Source: a virus
Strand: one strand, 5' to 3'
Virus record (IMG/VR): IMGVR_UViG_3300002052_000002
Location: 32,001 to 96,000 of that record
DNA length: 64,000 bases
Part shown: positions 47,744 to 58,318 of the stretch, piece after piece
How the letters are laid out: each line of letters starts with the position of its first letter
Position numbering within the stretch: the stretch's first letter is position 1
Position numbers and translations under genes: made by a program
Notes under the pieces: generated by a model
Databases searched by the model: none
What the model was told of the DNA's origin: nothing
The model's input: the letters and a program-made list of their open reading frames with translations, nothing else

Positions 47744-48121
47744 TTGACGATGGCAGGAACCGTAACATTGGAAATGACGGCAGGCGGACGAAGGCCCATG
47801 AGGTTGATTGGAGATAAAGATCTAGTCGTAGTTGTGGGAAGATTTACTTTCGACAGTGAGTACGTTACTGGTGGGGAGGATCTTACTGCAGCAGATTTAG
47901 ATTTACAAGAGATTATAACTCTTATCCCTTCTCCACTTTTCTCGGGTGGATCTACTAACAGAGGAGGCGGAATCCCTGTAGTGTATGATCATGATAACTC
48001 TAAGATTATTGCTATAGGACCAAGCGCAGTCCCTGGTGGATCTGATCTCTCTTTTGAGGTTCAGAATGGCACCGACCTCTCTGCTTTTTCATGCCGCTTC
48101 ATCGCAATAGGATATCAATAA
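47744..48121 (+). CDS. hypothetical beta-rich protein, possibly virion-associated
   Basis: YVTGGEDL...EVQNGTDLS...AIG motif; AAGGAGGT RBS. Confidence 0.7.
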   Translation: MTMAGTVTLEMTAGGRRPMRLIGDKDLVVVVGRFTFDSEYVTGGEDLTAADLDLQEIITLIPSPLFSGGSTNRGGGIPVVYDHDNSKIIAIGPSAVPGGSDLSFEVQNGTDLSAFSCRFIAIGYQ

Positions 48122-48194
48122 TCCTACCGTTTGACAATCCCAAAATAGGCAGGGGCCAGACCCCTGGCCCCAAAGCCTAGCAAAGGAGACTTAC

Positions 48195-49289
48195 ATGTTA
48201 GAAACACAAATCGAAGCTATTCATTATAAGAATAGATTGGAAGATATTGACTTTACAAAGAAACTTAAAGTAGCAATCGTGGCTGGAGATCGTTCTGGCC
48301 CATTTTACCACGACTATGGAGTCCCCATCCCTTTCTTTCAAAGCGTGACAGGATTAGAATTTACATGCTTTGATGCTTTAAACCCCCTCGTACAGAAAGG
48401 CCATGATATTATCCAGTTCCAAAGACAGTACTCTCCTGAATCCTGTATGATACTTAGAAAACTGCGGGAAGAAGGGGTAGTTACTATGGCTTTGGTGGAT
48501 GATAATGTCTGGGAACTTCCAGATACTAATCCTGCTAAAGCGACCTATCAAGGAGATATACTGGAGCGTTATCAATTAATCTTATCCGAGACGCATTCCA
48601 TATGTACATCTACGCCCTACCTAAAACAGCTTATCAAACCATTTAATCCGAATGTCTACATATGGAGAAATCTTGTAGACCCCTCCATCGCACAATTCCG
48701 CTATTTCGACAGAGATAATCCAGAAGAAATAAGGATTGGCTGGACTCTCACTATCCATCACGCTGGGGATGCTGGAATTGCTATGCCTGCTCTAGTGGAC
48801 ATTTGCAGAAAGTATCCTCAAGTAAAGCTTATATTCATGGGATGGATGCCGCCTTACATAGTGCAGAATGTACCAAAAGAAAGATATGAGTATTATGACT
48901 TTGTGCCAGTAGATGCCTTTTATGCTTGCTTTGGTTCATTGGATTTTGATATAGGCATTGCTCCATTAGAGGATAACGGATTCAATTGGGGCAAAACAGC
49001 TAGGAAGATGCAGGAATACGCTATTTTGAAGATTCCTGCTATTGTATCCCCTGTTAGGCCATATGACGAATGGAGTGATGGAGATACTTGCTTGAAACCA
49101 AAAGATAATACACATGCGAATTGGGTTAAGGCATTAAGTAGAATGATTGAGGAAAAAGAACTTAGAGAGAAATTAGTAGAGAATGCATACATCCAAGTAA
49201 TGGAAAATCATGATATAAATAAATACATTTTTGAGAGGGCAATCCCCTACTATGAAACATATGAGAAAGTTCAAAAAGGAGAATTATAA
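48195..49289 (+). CDS. GT-B glycosyltransferase (GT4-like)
   Basis: FQRQ, DDNVW, RIGW, DIGIAPLEDNGFN.GK...EY. Confidence 0.9.
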   Translation: MLETQIEAIHYKNRLEDIDFTKKLKVAIVAGDRSGPFYHDYGVPIPFFQSVTGLEFTCFDALNPLVQKGHDIIQFQRQYSPESCMILRKLREEGVVTMALVDDNVWELPDTNPAKATYQGDILERYQLILSETHSICTSTPYLKQLIKPFNPNVYIWRNLVDPSIAQFRYFDRDNPEEIRIGWTLTIHHAGDAGIAMPALVDICRKYPQVKLIFMGWMPPYIVQNVPKERYEYYDFVPVDAFYACFGSLDFDIGIAPLEDNGFNWGKTARKMQEYAILKIPAIVSPVRPYDEWSDGDTCLKPKDNTHANWVKALSRMIEEKELREKLVENAYIQVMENHDINKYIFERAIPYYETYEKVQKGEL

Positions 49290-51436
49290 TGGGAGATGCA
49301 AAACGTAGAGAACAAGCAGGACAGATGCCTTGGCAGCGCCCTCAAGAAGGCCCTCGCCATCTGCCGCCAAATATAACTCCAGGGCAAATAGTACCTTCTG
49401 GGCATAAAGTAATAGCATTTTTAGCCCCAGCTTTAGATTGTTGTACGGAGAAAATTATAGGAGAAATGGCTCCTTACTGGCAGAAAGATAAATATTTTAC
49501 TGTAGTGGTAAATGAAAAGAAGTGCAAAGAAGTGTTAAAATTTATGCCGCATATAGTGGTACTATTTCGCGTGGCCACGAAACAGATCCAAATTCCAGAG
49601 GTTCAAGAAATTGGTGGGTTTGTAAAACACATGCAAGGATTAGGGGTTAAAGTATTTTATTATATAGATGACTTACTCATTAATGCAAATAAGGGAGCCC
49701 CCATGTTCCTAGCATCTTTATGTGACGAAATAATCGTAGCCACAGATCGGCTCAAACAAATATTTAGAACTAATATAGGGCTCAAGCCTATTAATATAAT
49801 TAAAACACATATAGATTTACCAGCTATAGATTCTTTTCCAAGATCTCCATTAGTTCCATTTAGTGGATATAATATTTTAATGTCAAGCTCTGGTAGAATT
49901 GGAACGCTTATGATGATGCGTATTATGGATTATATGAACCAACACCCAGAGAAATATAAAGATGTGAATATGTTATTCATAGCTGGTGGGGTATCACAAA
50001 TTCGAAGTGTTGTGAATAAATTTAGGAATATCAAAAAGCATTATTTCGAATTTATGCCGTCACGAGATTTCTATAGTGTATGTAAAAGTGTGGACTTAAT
50101 TCTATCTCCAGGAGAAATAGGAGACCTAGATTATATGATTCCAAGAGAGCAGCAACAGGCGTGGTTGGATTCAAAAAGCTGTTTGAAATATACACTAGCA
50201 GGAGCCGCCGGAATTCCTTGTATTGCAAGTAGAAAACAAGCAGAATACGCATCTGCTATTAAGCACGGAGAGACAGGGTTCTTAGCCGATTCTCTAGAAG
50301 AATGGATGAGATATATTGATTTATGTCATGAAGATAAAGAAGCGGCTACGAAGATCGGAGAAGCTGCTAGGAAGGATATGGAGGATAATTGGAATATTAC
50401 GAAAAGAGCTAATGATTTCTTAGATGTCCTTACTGGAAGACAAAGGCCTGGAATTAATACTAATAAGATATGGCTTCCATTGTATGGAGGCGGAGGACCA
50501 GGAACTTTCTCCAGTGTAATGCATAAGTACGTCCCACAAATAGATTCTAAATGGGAAACTGTAGAATTTCTTTCCGATCCAGTACAGGCTGCAATTGTTG
50601 TTGCATATATAGGTGCACCTGCGGCCATAAAGAAGAAGGAAGAAAATTCATCTATAAAATTAATATCTAGAGTAGATGGACTGCCTTATAATCTGGATAC
50701 TGGAGAATTGCAGATGGAACACTTGAATATTATGCAAGAAGTAATGCACAAAGCAGATATAATAGTATATCAAAGCGAATTTTGCAAAAGAGCATGGGCT
50801 CCTTATACTAAAGGGATTGCGACTCCGTCTACTATAATTCCTAATGGAGTAGATAGAGAGATATTTTCTCCAGAAGGAGAAAAGTTCCCTATGGATAAAA
50901 CAAAGTTCAATATACTACACGTGAACTATTCCACCTTTCAGCATAAGAGAAAGGATCTGTTAGAGGATATTATTAAATATGCCGGAGAGAATTTGCCCAA
51001 TGTCCACTTTACTTTAGTGGGACAGTATATAGATACTACGATCATCAAAGACATGCAGAAATGGGCAGCTTATGATAATGTCACCTATATTGGAACAATC
51101 ACTGGACAGTATGAAGCAGCACGTAGAAAGTTAGCTAGTCTATACCGTGCAGCTGACGCCCTACTTTTTACCTCCAAGATGGAGGGAAGTCCAAATACCG
51201 CATTAGAAGCTTTTGGATGTGGACTACCAATCATATATAACACAGAGGCTGATATAATCCCAGAGTTACAGGGAGAGACTGGATTTGGATTTCACGATGC
51301 AGAATCTTTTGAGCAGATTGTTAGAAATTGGGATACTAAATTGATTGAATTTATTAAGAAAGAGAAATTACCTAAACTGGCAGTGAAATACTCTGCGGAG
51401 AATATGGTGAAAGCTTATCTGGAGATCCTTAAATGA
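49289..51436 (+). CDS. tandem two-module GT-B glycosyltransferase
   Basis: First module YYIDD...KSCLKY...HGETGFLA; second module IIPNGVD...EGSPNTALEA. Confidence 0.9.
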   Translation: MGDAKRREQAGQMPWQRPQEGPRHLPPNITPGQIVPSGHKVIAFLAPALDCCTEKIIGEMAPYWQKDKYFTVVVNEKKCKEVLKFMPHIVVLFRVATKQIQIPEVQEIGGFVKHMQGLGVKVFYYIDDLLINANKGAPMFLASLCDEIIVATDRLKQIFRTNIGLKPINIIKTHIDLPAIDSFPRSPLVPFSGYNILMSSSGRIGTLMMMRIMDYMNQHPEKYKDVNMLFIAGGVSQIRSVVNKFRNIKKHYFEFMPSRDFYSVCKSVDLILSPGEIGDLDYMIPREQQQAWLDSKSCLKYTLAGAAGIPCIASRKQAEYASAIKHGETGFLADSLEEWMRYIDLCHEDKEAATKIGEAARKDMEDNWNITKRANDFLDVLTGRQRPGINTNKIWLPLYGGGGPGTFSSVMHKYVPQIDSKWETVEFLSDPVQAAIVVAYIGAPAAIKKKEENSSIKLISRVDGLPYNLDTGELQMEHLNIMQEVMHKADIIVYQSEFCKRAWAPYTKGIATPSTIIPNGVDREIFSPEGEKFPMDKTKFNILHVNYSTFQHKRKDLLEDIIKYAGENLPNVHFTLVGQYIDTTIIKDMQKWAAYDNVTYIGTITGQYEAARRKLASLYRAADALLFTSKMEGSPNTALEAFGCGLPIIYNTEADIIPELQGETGFGFHDAESFEQIVRNWDTKLIEFIKKEKLPKLAVKYSAENMVKAYLEILK

Positions 51437-51969
51437 AGATAGATCTAGGCGGCGGGCTGCGCTCTAGAAGAGGTTATGTTAATTTTGATATTATAGAGGC
51501 ACCCACCGTAGATGTAAGATGTGATCTTAGAAATGGAATTCCATGTAAAGATGAATCTGTGGAAGGTATAATTACACTGGAATTTCTAGAACATCTTACT
51601 AAATCAGAAGCAGAATTGTTATTGAAAGAATGCTATAGAGTACTTAAGAAGGGAGGAGAACTAATAATAAGTTGTCCAGATTTCTTAGGCACCATAAGAG
51701 CTTTTAGTATCGCATATGACAACCGCCAAATCCGATATCTTTATACACAGATATATGGAGGGCAAACTACTCCATATGATTTTCATAAAAGTGGTTGGAT
51801 ATTACCAGAATTAGCCATACTCCTTTCCAACATTGGATTTACAGATATAGAAGATTGTAAACTAGAATTTCTCAGACAATGCAAAAGAGATCCTGAATTT
51901 CCAGGAGGACGCCCATTTACTGCTGAAGAATTTGCTGATATCAAGCTTAATATAAAGGCTATAAAATGA
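51433..51969 (+). CDS. SAM-dependent methyltransferase (type 11-like)
   Basis: IDLGGG, FLEHL, RVLKKGG. Confidence 0.85.
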   Translation: MKIDLGGGLRSRRGYVNFDIIEAPTVDVRCDLRNGIPCKDESVEGIITLEFLEHLTKSEAELLLKECYRVLKKGGELIISCPDFLGTIRAFSIAYDNRQIRYLYTQIYGGQTTPYDFHKSGWILPELAILLSNIGFTDIEDCKLEFLRQCKRDPEFPGGRPFTAEEFADIKLNIKAIK

Positions 51970-52805
51970 AACCATTAATCATTATTCAGATACTTGGACG
52001 CGGAGAAACCGCTAGTAAATGCTTTAATCTATTAAATCGAAATACGAAGCGGGAAGAATATGAATTATGTATTGTAGATCAGGATGCTACTGAAAAGGCG
52101 AAGAAAGCAATACAGGAAGTTAGTCCAGATTATAAAATAACTAGGGAATTTAATTCTGGGATTGTATTTGGTATTAATGAGGCCGCTGCTAAGTTTAGAA
52201 AACCTGGACAATCTATCATTAAGATAGATGACGACGTACATATTCTATCTGATACTTGGTTAGAATTATTTAATAAAGTATTAGCTACACCTAAAATAGG
52301 ATCTTGTCTGGGGAGACGTCCTACATTCTTTATAGATGCTCCAGAAAGATTCCCATTATATATAAAGATGCCCAAATATGAAATAGATGGAATATGGGTC
52401 GAAGAACCCATAAATGGATTAGTCGGTTGCTGGTGGGCTATAGGAGGTGATGTCCTGGATAAGTTAGGATATTTAAATGAGGCAACACAGAATGATGATA
52501 TGGATTATTTTATTAGGATGAAGGCATTGGGCTGGAAATCGGTATATATTCCAGATGCTATTTGTTACCAGCCATTTGATGAGCCAATAGATCATCCTAC
52601 TTATGGAATCGTTAGAAAGCTTGTTAGCCAACAATCTACACTCGCCCAAAATTACTATTCAATTTATAACTCTGGACAATTATTATATCTTCCTAGTATA
52701 TTCGATAACAATGGAGATAATCTATTTTATCTTAAAGAAGCTCAAAAGATGTATAAGGAGTATGAAAATGAGACTAAGCGATGCCGTACAAAAGGCATTG
52801 AATGA
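51966..52805 (+). CDS. GT-A glycosyltransferase (GT2-like)
   Basis: IVDQ, KIDDD, DDMDYFIR. Confidence 0.85.
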   Translation: MKPLIIIQILGRGETASKCFNLLNRNTKREEYELCIVDQDATEKAKKAIQEVSPDYKITREFNSGIVFGINEAAAKFRKPGQSIIKIDDDVHILSDTWLELFNKVLATPKIGSCLGRRPTFFIDAPERFPLYIKMPKYEIDGIWVEEPINGLVGCWWAIGGDVLDKLGYLNEATQNDDMDYFIRMKALGWKSVYIPDAICYQPFDEPIDHPTYGIVRKLVSQQSTLAQNYYSIYNSGQLLYLPSIFDNNGDNLFYLKEAQKMYKEYENETKRCRTKGIE

Positions 52806-53301
52806 AAATAGAAAAATAAATATTGATATTGGCTGTGGCCCAAAACCTGTACAAGGGTTTTTTGGGATTGACATGCAGGAGGATCTACATCCAGATATAG
52901 TTTGTAACCTTGAGAAAGAGAAGCTTCCTCTACCAGATAATTCTGTTGGAGCAGTTTATTCCTGCTATTTTCTGGAACATATAAATAATGTGTTGGATAT
53001 TATGGATGAGATTTGGAGAGTCACAGTTCCAGGAGCGTTAACAATTATTATAGTTCCACATTGGGCATGGGACGGACAGCATAAGGATCCCACACACAAA
53101 ACGACATTTAGTGAAGACAGTTATAAATATTGGGATTCTAGAGATGTGTCAGTTCCACACTATGGGCATGTGTCTAAATTTGATTTAGTCGATTTGAAGT
53201 TTAGGTTTGCTCCTTGGGCAACGGATGAGCATAAGGCTACATCTAAAATGTATAGAAATGTAATAGAAAATATGACTTTTATATTAAGGACAGTAAAATG
53301 A
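52768..53301 (+). CDS. SAM-dependent methyltransferase
   Basis: IDIGCG, FLEHI, EIWRV, DPTH; start moved behind AAGGAG. Confidence 0.85.
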   Translation: MRLSDAVQKALNENRKINIDIGCGPKPVQGFFGIDMQEDLHPDIVCNLEKEKLPLPDNSVGAVYSCYFLEHINNVLDIMDEIWRVTVPGALTIIIVPHWAWDGQHKDPTHKTTFSEDSYKYWDSRDVSVPHYGHVSKFDLVDLKFRFAPWATDEHKATSKMYRNVIENMTFILRTVK

Positions 53302-55571
53302 AAATATTATGGTTCCCAATTGGGGATATCAATACGGCTAGTACTAGAATTATGTGTTATCTACCATCCGCTTGGTTAAACAAGAATGGAATACAATCAG
53401 ATGTATTCTCTGGAATAGAAGATGCCAAAGAATATGATATATTGATTTTCCAGAAAGTATATGATAACTCATTCCAGGATTTAGCAAAAGAGATGAAAAG
53501 TTTAGGAAAGAAGATCATATATATTATTGATGATTTATACGAAGAAGGCTTTCCGATGGCCAAGATGGCCGATATCGTAGTTTGTGGATCTGATTATATA
53601 AAAGAGTGGATTCGCCCATTTACTAAGGCTGAACTCCATGTAATGGATGATGCATATGAAACTCCTAAAGATCTGTGTAAGAAGTCATACGATCCGAAAG
53701 ATAGATTAAAGGTGACTTGGTTCGGAACGTTGTTACACTTTCCACAGGCGGAAGAGATGCGTCCAATCATCGAACAATTAGGATTCAAATATGAGACCAT
53801 TACAGCACATGCGCAAGCGACAAAGCGATGGAGTTTGGACACTATTTGGGATGACCTATTAAATACTGATGTTATAATCATTCCATTCTTAGGTGAGCTG
53901 CCTCCATATGAATTAGCTAAAGGGAATAATCGACTCACCCAATCAATGGTTTTAGGCCTACCAGTGGTAACTTCCCCTATTCCGGCGTATCTGCCAATTA
54001 TTAAACAGGGGAAAAACGGATTTATTTGTTATAATAATACTAAAGAAGATTTTGTCAACTATTTGACATTATTGAAAGATCACACCTTACGTTCAAAAAT
54101 AGGAGCACGAGCTAGGTTAGACGTAATAGAAGAATATTCCATTGATTCCATTGGGAAAAGATGGTTAAAGATTCTGAACAATGTAAAGCATATACCAACT
54201 AAGAAGAGTAAAGGTTCAGTACTTTTGTATTACCCTGAAGTATCATATATAAAAACTCCAGGGCTACACAGAGCACCATATTCTACACTAAGTATAGCAC
54301 AGCCATTAATAGATGAGGGGTATGAAGTAGATCTATTTGATGCAAGAGTGGACGATGTGCGCCTGTTAAATAATTATCTATCGAAAAAGCCCATCTTTAT
54401 AGGAGTTAGCAGTCTAATTGGACAACAGCTAAGAGATGCTGGAAATTTTGCTAGGTACATAAAATCATTGAACTTACCTACTCCAATAGTTTGGGGAGGC
54501 TGGGCAGCGTCCTTGATTCCAGAGGATTTGATAAAAGAGTCATTTGTAGATATTGTGGCTAAAGGGCAGTTTGAGCATCGGATAAATAACCTAATAGAGG
54601 ATATCCAATCTGGAGAAAAGTCTTGTCCTGGCGCACTGTGGAAGGCTGCAGATGGTAATTTGACGGATACTGGAGCCCCCTCTTTACCAGACAAGCTTAG
54701 CAAGGCTCCCGTAGAATTGCTAGATTTAGATAAGTATGGCCCTTATTGGGGGTTTTTGACTAGCCTAGGTTGCTATATGCGATGTAAATTCTGTAGTGGG
54801 GCATCTATCTGGAACAGGAAATACAGATGTAAGGACATAGATGATGTCATCCAAGAGTTAATATACGTCATTAAGACTAAAAAGCATGTGATACATTTAA
54901 ATCTAGATGATGATGAATTCTTTTGGAATAAGAAGAGGGTCATAGAATTCTGTGAGAAATGGATAAATACTAAATTAAATCGTTTTCCTATATCTACGTT
55001 AGTTCACGTCCGAGCCGCTTTGACATATCCTAATGATTTGTACCATTTAATGCATAGAGCCGGAATTAGAGAGGTACTAATAGGGGCGGAAAGCGGAAGC
55101 CAGACAATCCTAGATAGGCTAGATAAACGACAAACTAAAGATCATGTTTTACAGTTCGTTGAAAAGATCACTCAATTTGGGATGATTCCTGATTTATCTA
55201 CTATGACTGGATTTCCTGATTCTGATGAGATAGGAGATTTTAAAGAAACTATCTTAATGTTGCAAGAAGCTTATCGGATTAATCCACATATGAAGTTCAA
55301 GTTGTTTTGGGTAAGGCCCTATCCAGGTGCCGGATTATTTGAAGACTTTAAGGCACAGGGTTATAGGATGCCACAAACATTTAAGGAATGGACTGAGTAT
55401 ACCTTACGCTACACCCCATCTTGGGTGAGTAGAGAATTATCGGATATGGTAAATTTCTTTTTAGCTAAATACTTACCAGAACATGGATGGGTATTTACAT
55501 GGGATAACTTTATTAATGAGTTTTGGAGATGTAGGGAACTAGATCAAATACCAATACAGAGAGGAATGTAA
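53298..55571 (+). CDS. glycosyltransferase fused to B12-binding radical SAM enzyme
   Basis: N-terminal GT-B (IFQK, DD, KGNNR...GLPVV); PIVWGG B12-binding region; GCYMRCKFC; GAESGSQ. Confidence 0.9.
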   Translation: MKILWFPIGDINTASTRIMCYLPSAWLNKNGIQSDVFSGIEDAKEYDILIFQKVYDNSFQDLAKEMKSLGKKIIYIIDDLYEEGFPMAKMADIVVCGSDYIKEWIRPFTKAELHVMDDAYETPKDLCKKSYDPKDRLKVTWFGTLLHFPQAEEMRPIIEQLGFKYETITAHAQATKRWSLDTIWDDLLNTDVIIIPFLGELPPYELAKGNNRLTQSMVLGLPVVTSPIPAYLPIIKQGKNGFICYNNTKEDFVNYLTLLKDHTLRSKIGARARLDVIEEYSIDSIGKRWLKILNNVKHIPTKKSKGSVLLYYPEVSYIKTPGLHRAPYSTLSIAQPLIDEGYEVDLFDARVDDVRLLNNYLSKKPIFIGVSSLIGQQLRDAGNFARYIKSLNLPTPIVWGGWAASLIPEDLIKESFVDIVAKGQFEHRINNLIEDIQSGEKSCPGALWKAADGNLTDTGAPSLPDKLSKAPVELLDLDKYGPYWGFLTSLGCYMRCKFCSGASIWNRKYRCKDIDDVIQELIYVIKTKKHVIHLNLDDDEFFWNKKRVIEFCEKWINTKLNRFPISTLVHVRAALTYPNDLYHLMHRAGIREVLIGAESGSQTILDRLDKRQTKDHVLQFVEKITQFGMIPDLSTMTGFPDSDEIGDFKETILMLQEAYRINPHMKFKLFWVRPYPGAGLFEDFKAQGYRMPQTFKEWTEYTLRYTPSWVSRELSDMVNFFLAKYLPEHGWVFTWDNFINEFWRCRELDQIPIQRGM

Positions 55572-55584
55572 GGAGGTGTTTTAA

Positions 55585-56103
55585 ATGGTAGTAAAAACTA
55601 ATAGATTAAATATGCGCCCCCTCAAAGATGAGGACGTAGAACTGATCCGGCAATGGAGAAATAATCATAGAGATTCTTTCTTTGATGCATCTGAGATTAC
55701 TAAAGAGATGCAAAGAGCATGGTATCAAAGATATAAAGAAACCGATGGGAAAGATCAGATGTTTATTATGTGCCTGAAAGATGGTACTGCTATCGGACAG
55801 GTCGCTATCTACAATATCAATGTAGCGGATAGAAATGCTGATTTTGGAAGATTCCTTTTACTTGAAGAATATAGAGGGCATGGTTATGCTGAAGAATGTG
55901 TGAAAGGAATGATGGAATATTGTTTTGAAACCCTTCGGCTTTATAAGGTTAAGATCCAGGTACACTTGGATAATATAGACGCTATTGCTATATATGCAAG
56001 ATCTGGATTCAAAACTACTACAAGACCAATCCTTTATATGGAGAGGGTCAATCCTAATTATGATTGGAAGAAGCCTATAACAATCGCAGGAGAGAAAGAA
56101 TGA
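55585..56103 (+). CDS. GNAT N-acetyltransferase (PseH/RimJ-like)
   Basis: IRQWRN, YRGHGYA, N..AIAIY..GF. Confidence 0.85.
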   Translation: MVVKTNRLNMRPLKDEDVELIRQWRNNHRDSFFDASEITKEMQRAWYQRYKETDGKDQMFIMCLKDGTAIGQVAIYNINVADRNADFGRFLLLEEYRGHGYAEECVKGMMEYCFETLRLYKVKIQVHLDNIDAIAIYARSGFKTTTRPILYMERVNPNYDWKKPITIAGEKE

Positions 56104-57215
56104 GACAAGTTACTTTATTCAAAAGCCTTATTTGTCCAGAAGCACATGAACGAGTTAAGAAAGTATTAGAAAGTGGGTGGATAGGACAAGGGCCTGTTGT
56201 TAAGGAATTTGAGGAGGCTTTCGCAGGATATATTGGGACCAAATACGCAGTAGCCACAAATTCTGGCACGGAAGCTCTGAGAATAGCTGTACTTTCTATG
56301 GGCCTGAAGCCTGGAACTAAGGTATTAACCACTCCGAATACCTTCGTATCTACTAACCATGTCTTGTTGCAGAGTGGCCTAGAGCCTATATTCTGTGATA
56401 TAGATCCTAGTAATGGTAATATTGATGTGGAATCTGTATACTATATGCTTAGAAATACTCCTGATATAAAAGGAATTATGATAGTCCATTATTCAGGAAT
56501 ACCAGTGGATCTAGAACAAGTCTATGACTTAGCAAAAGAGTATGGAGCAAAGGTAATTGAAGATTGTGCACATGCCGCTGGTGCCGAATACCATAAAAGG
56601 AAGATAGGTACGAATGCCACGTTTGCCTGTTTCTCTTTCGCGGCTGTAAAGAACTTGACAACTGGTGATGGTGGCATGTTTCTAACTAATGATGAGAAAA
56701 TCTATGAGAAGGCAAGGATGATTAGTTGGATGGGAATTGATAAATCCACCGCTTCTAGAACTACAGATAAGGTCTATCAATGGGGATATAATGTTCCGTA
56801 TTTAGGGACGAAATCCAATATGACTGATATTACTGCCGCAATTGGGGTAGAGCAGTTGAAGCATTTAGATGAATGGAATAATCATCGGACAAAGATCAGA
56901 AACTGGTACGTAGAACATTCTCCAAAGGGATTACGGTTCTCACCAGAATACCAGGATCGTAAATCTGCTAATCATTTCGTATTTTTACGGACTCTATATA
57001 AGACTAATCTGGTTAAATATTTGAGAGATAATGGAGTCCAGACAGGATTCCATTATAGGTCTAATCTGGATTATCCTATGTATGAGAAATGCAAACACGA
57101 TACTCAAACTGGCATGGCAGAATGGACTAGTACTGCGATTAGTATGCCTACACATCTTTATATGACAGAAGAAGATGTTGTATATATAACAGATAAAATA
57201 AAGGAGTTTATGTAA
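56100..57215 (+). CDS. DegT/DnrJ/EryC1/StrS sugar aminotransferase
   Basis: NSGTEAL, EDCAHA, SFAAVKNLTTGDGG with PLP lysine. Confidence 0.95.
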   Translation: MRQVTLFKSLICPEAHERVKKVLESGWIGQGPVVKEFEEAFAGYIGTKYAVATNSGTEALRIAVLSMGLKPGTKVLTTPNTFVSTNHVLLQSGLEPIFCDIDPSNGNIDVESVYYMLRNTPDIKGIMIVHYSGIPVDLEQVYDLAKEYGAKVIEDCAHAAGAEYHKRKIGTNATFACFSFAAVKNLTTGDGGMFLTNDEKIYEKARMISWMGIDKSTASRTTDKVYQWGYNVPYLGTKSNMTDITAAIGVEQLKHLDEWNNHRTKIRNWYVEHSPKGLRFSPEYQDRKSANHFVFLRTLYKTNLVKYLRDNGVQTGFHYRSNLDYPMYEKCKHDTQTGMAEWTSTAISMPTHLYMTEEDVVYITDKIKEFM

Positions 57216-57577
57216 TGGAATGGGACTTTTTTCCAGAAGAGGAATTAAAATGTAAATGTGGTTGTGGCGAGTGTGATATGGATGAGGACTTCATGAAAAG
57301 ACTCATCGAGGCCAGAAAAATAGCGGATATCCCTTTCGTCATTACGTCTGGATATAGGTGCGCCCACCATGATTCTATGGTAAGCGGAGCGGGTAATCAC
57401 TCGCAGGGCAAGGCCGTAGACATAAAGTGTATACGTAATTATAACGATAAAAGATTCAAGATTATTGATGCGTTGTTGAAGGCGGGGTTTGTACGAATAG
57501 GAATCGCCCAAGATTTTATTCATGTCGACTCTTGTACAGATAAAACGCAGAAATTGATGTGGCTATATTCAGAATAG
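57215..57577 (+). CDS. peptidase M15A (putative endolysin)
   Basis: CKCGC, ITSGYRC, H..GKAVD, FIHVD. Confidence 0.85.
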   Translation: MEWDFFPEEELKCKCGCGECDMDEDFMKRLIEARKIADIPFVITSGYRCAHHDSMVSGAGNHSQGKAVDIKCIRNYNDKRFKIIDALLKAGFVRIGIAQDFIHVDSCTDKTQKLMWLYSE

Positions 57578-57588
57578 GAGGTGAGATT

Positions 57589-57999
57589 ATGAGTATTTTA
57601 TCAGCTATACCAATTATTGGAGATCTATTTAGAAGTGTTGAGAATGTAATATCTCAAGTTGTAGTGGATAAGGATAAAGCCAATGAACTGACTGTAAAGC
57701 TAGTCGAGATATTCAAAGATACTATGGAGAAATACTATGACTTCATAATAAAGACAGAGGGTGCGTTATCTGATTTAGCACAGTTTGGTATATTTGGCAA
57801 GCTTCTTGCCTTCTTAAGGGTAGGGTGGAGGCCTATATTACAGTGGGGTCTCGTGATTGATATTATCAATCAAAGATTATCGATTGGTACTCCTTTCTTA
57901 GAAATGAAAGAGGAAATTATGTTTGTGACTGGATTAGCGGTATTGAGAGGAGTAGAAAAGGGCTTACCTTTTGTACGGAGAAATGGAAATGGCAAATAG
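57589..57999 (+). CDS. putative holin (3TM/GTA-type)
   Basis: IPIIGDL..., GWRP, LRGVEK motifs; next to the endolysin. Confidence 0.7.
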   Translation: MSILSAIPIIGDLFRSVENVISQVVVDKDKANELTVKLVEIFKDTMEKYYDFIIKTEGALSDLAQFGIFGKLLAFLRVGWRPILQWGLVIDIINQRLSIGTPFLEMKEEIMFVTGLAVLRGVEKGLPFVRRNGNGK

Positions 58000-58318
58000 A
58001 TGGAAAGTACCTAAAAAAGTAAATATTCTAGGATTGGATTATAGGATTAAAGAGCTTAAAAAACCAATTCCTATAGGTAAACATTTTGAAAAGAGTGCTT
58101 ATATAGATTATAATAAATTGGAAATAGCTATTTCTAAGAAACAAAGATTGCAAGAAATGCAATTAGATATGTTACATGAAATAGTTCATGGAATTCTTTG
58201 GTCTATTGAGGCTACTTTAAATATAAAAGAGAGACTTCATCGAAATGAAGAACTTGTAGATTTATTGTCTAAGGCTTTATTCGCTTCTTTAAAAGAAGCA
58301 AAAATTATACAATCTTAG
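57989..58318 (+). CDS. small HExxH metallopeptidase-like phage protein
   Basis: LHEIVHG...NEELV. Confidence 0.75.
   Translation: MANRWKVPKKVNILGLDYRIKELKKPIPIGKHFEKSAYIDYNKLEIAISKKQRLQEMQLDMLHEIVHGILWSIEATLNIKERLHRNEELVDLLSKALFASLKEAKIIQS

Noticed and set aside
48131-48160. TTGACA upstream of the glycosyltransferase cluster as a sigma70 promoter
   Set aside because: No -10 element at 16-18 nt spacing.
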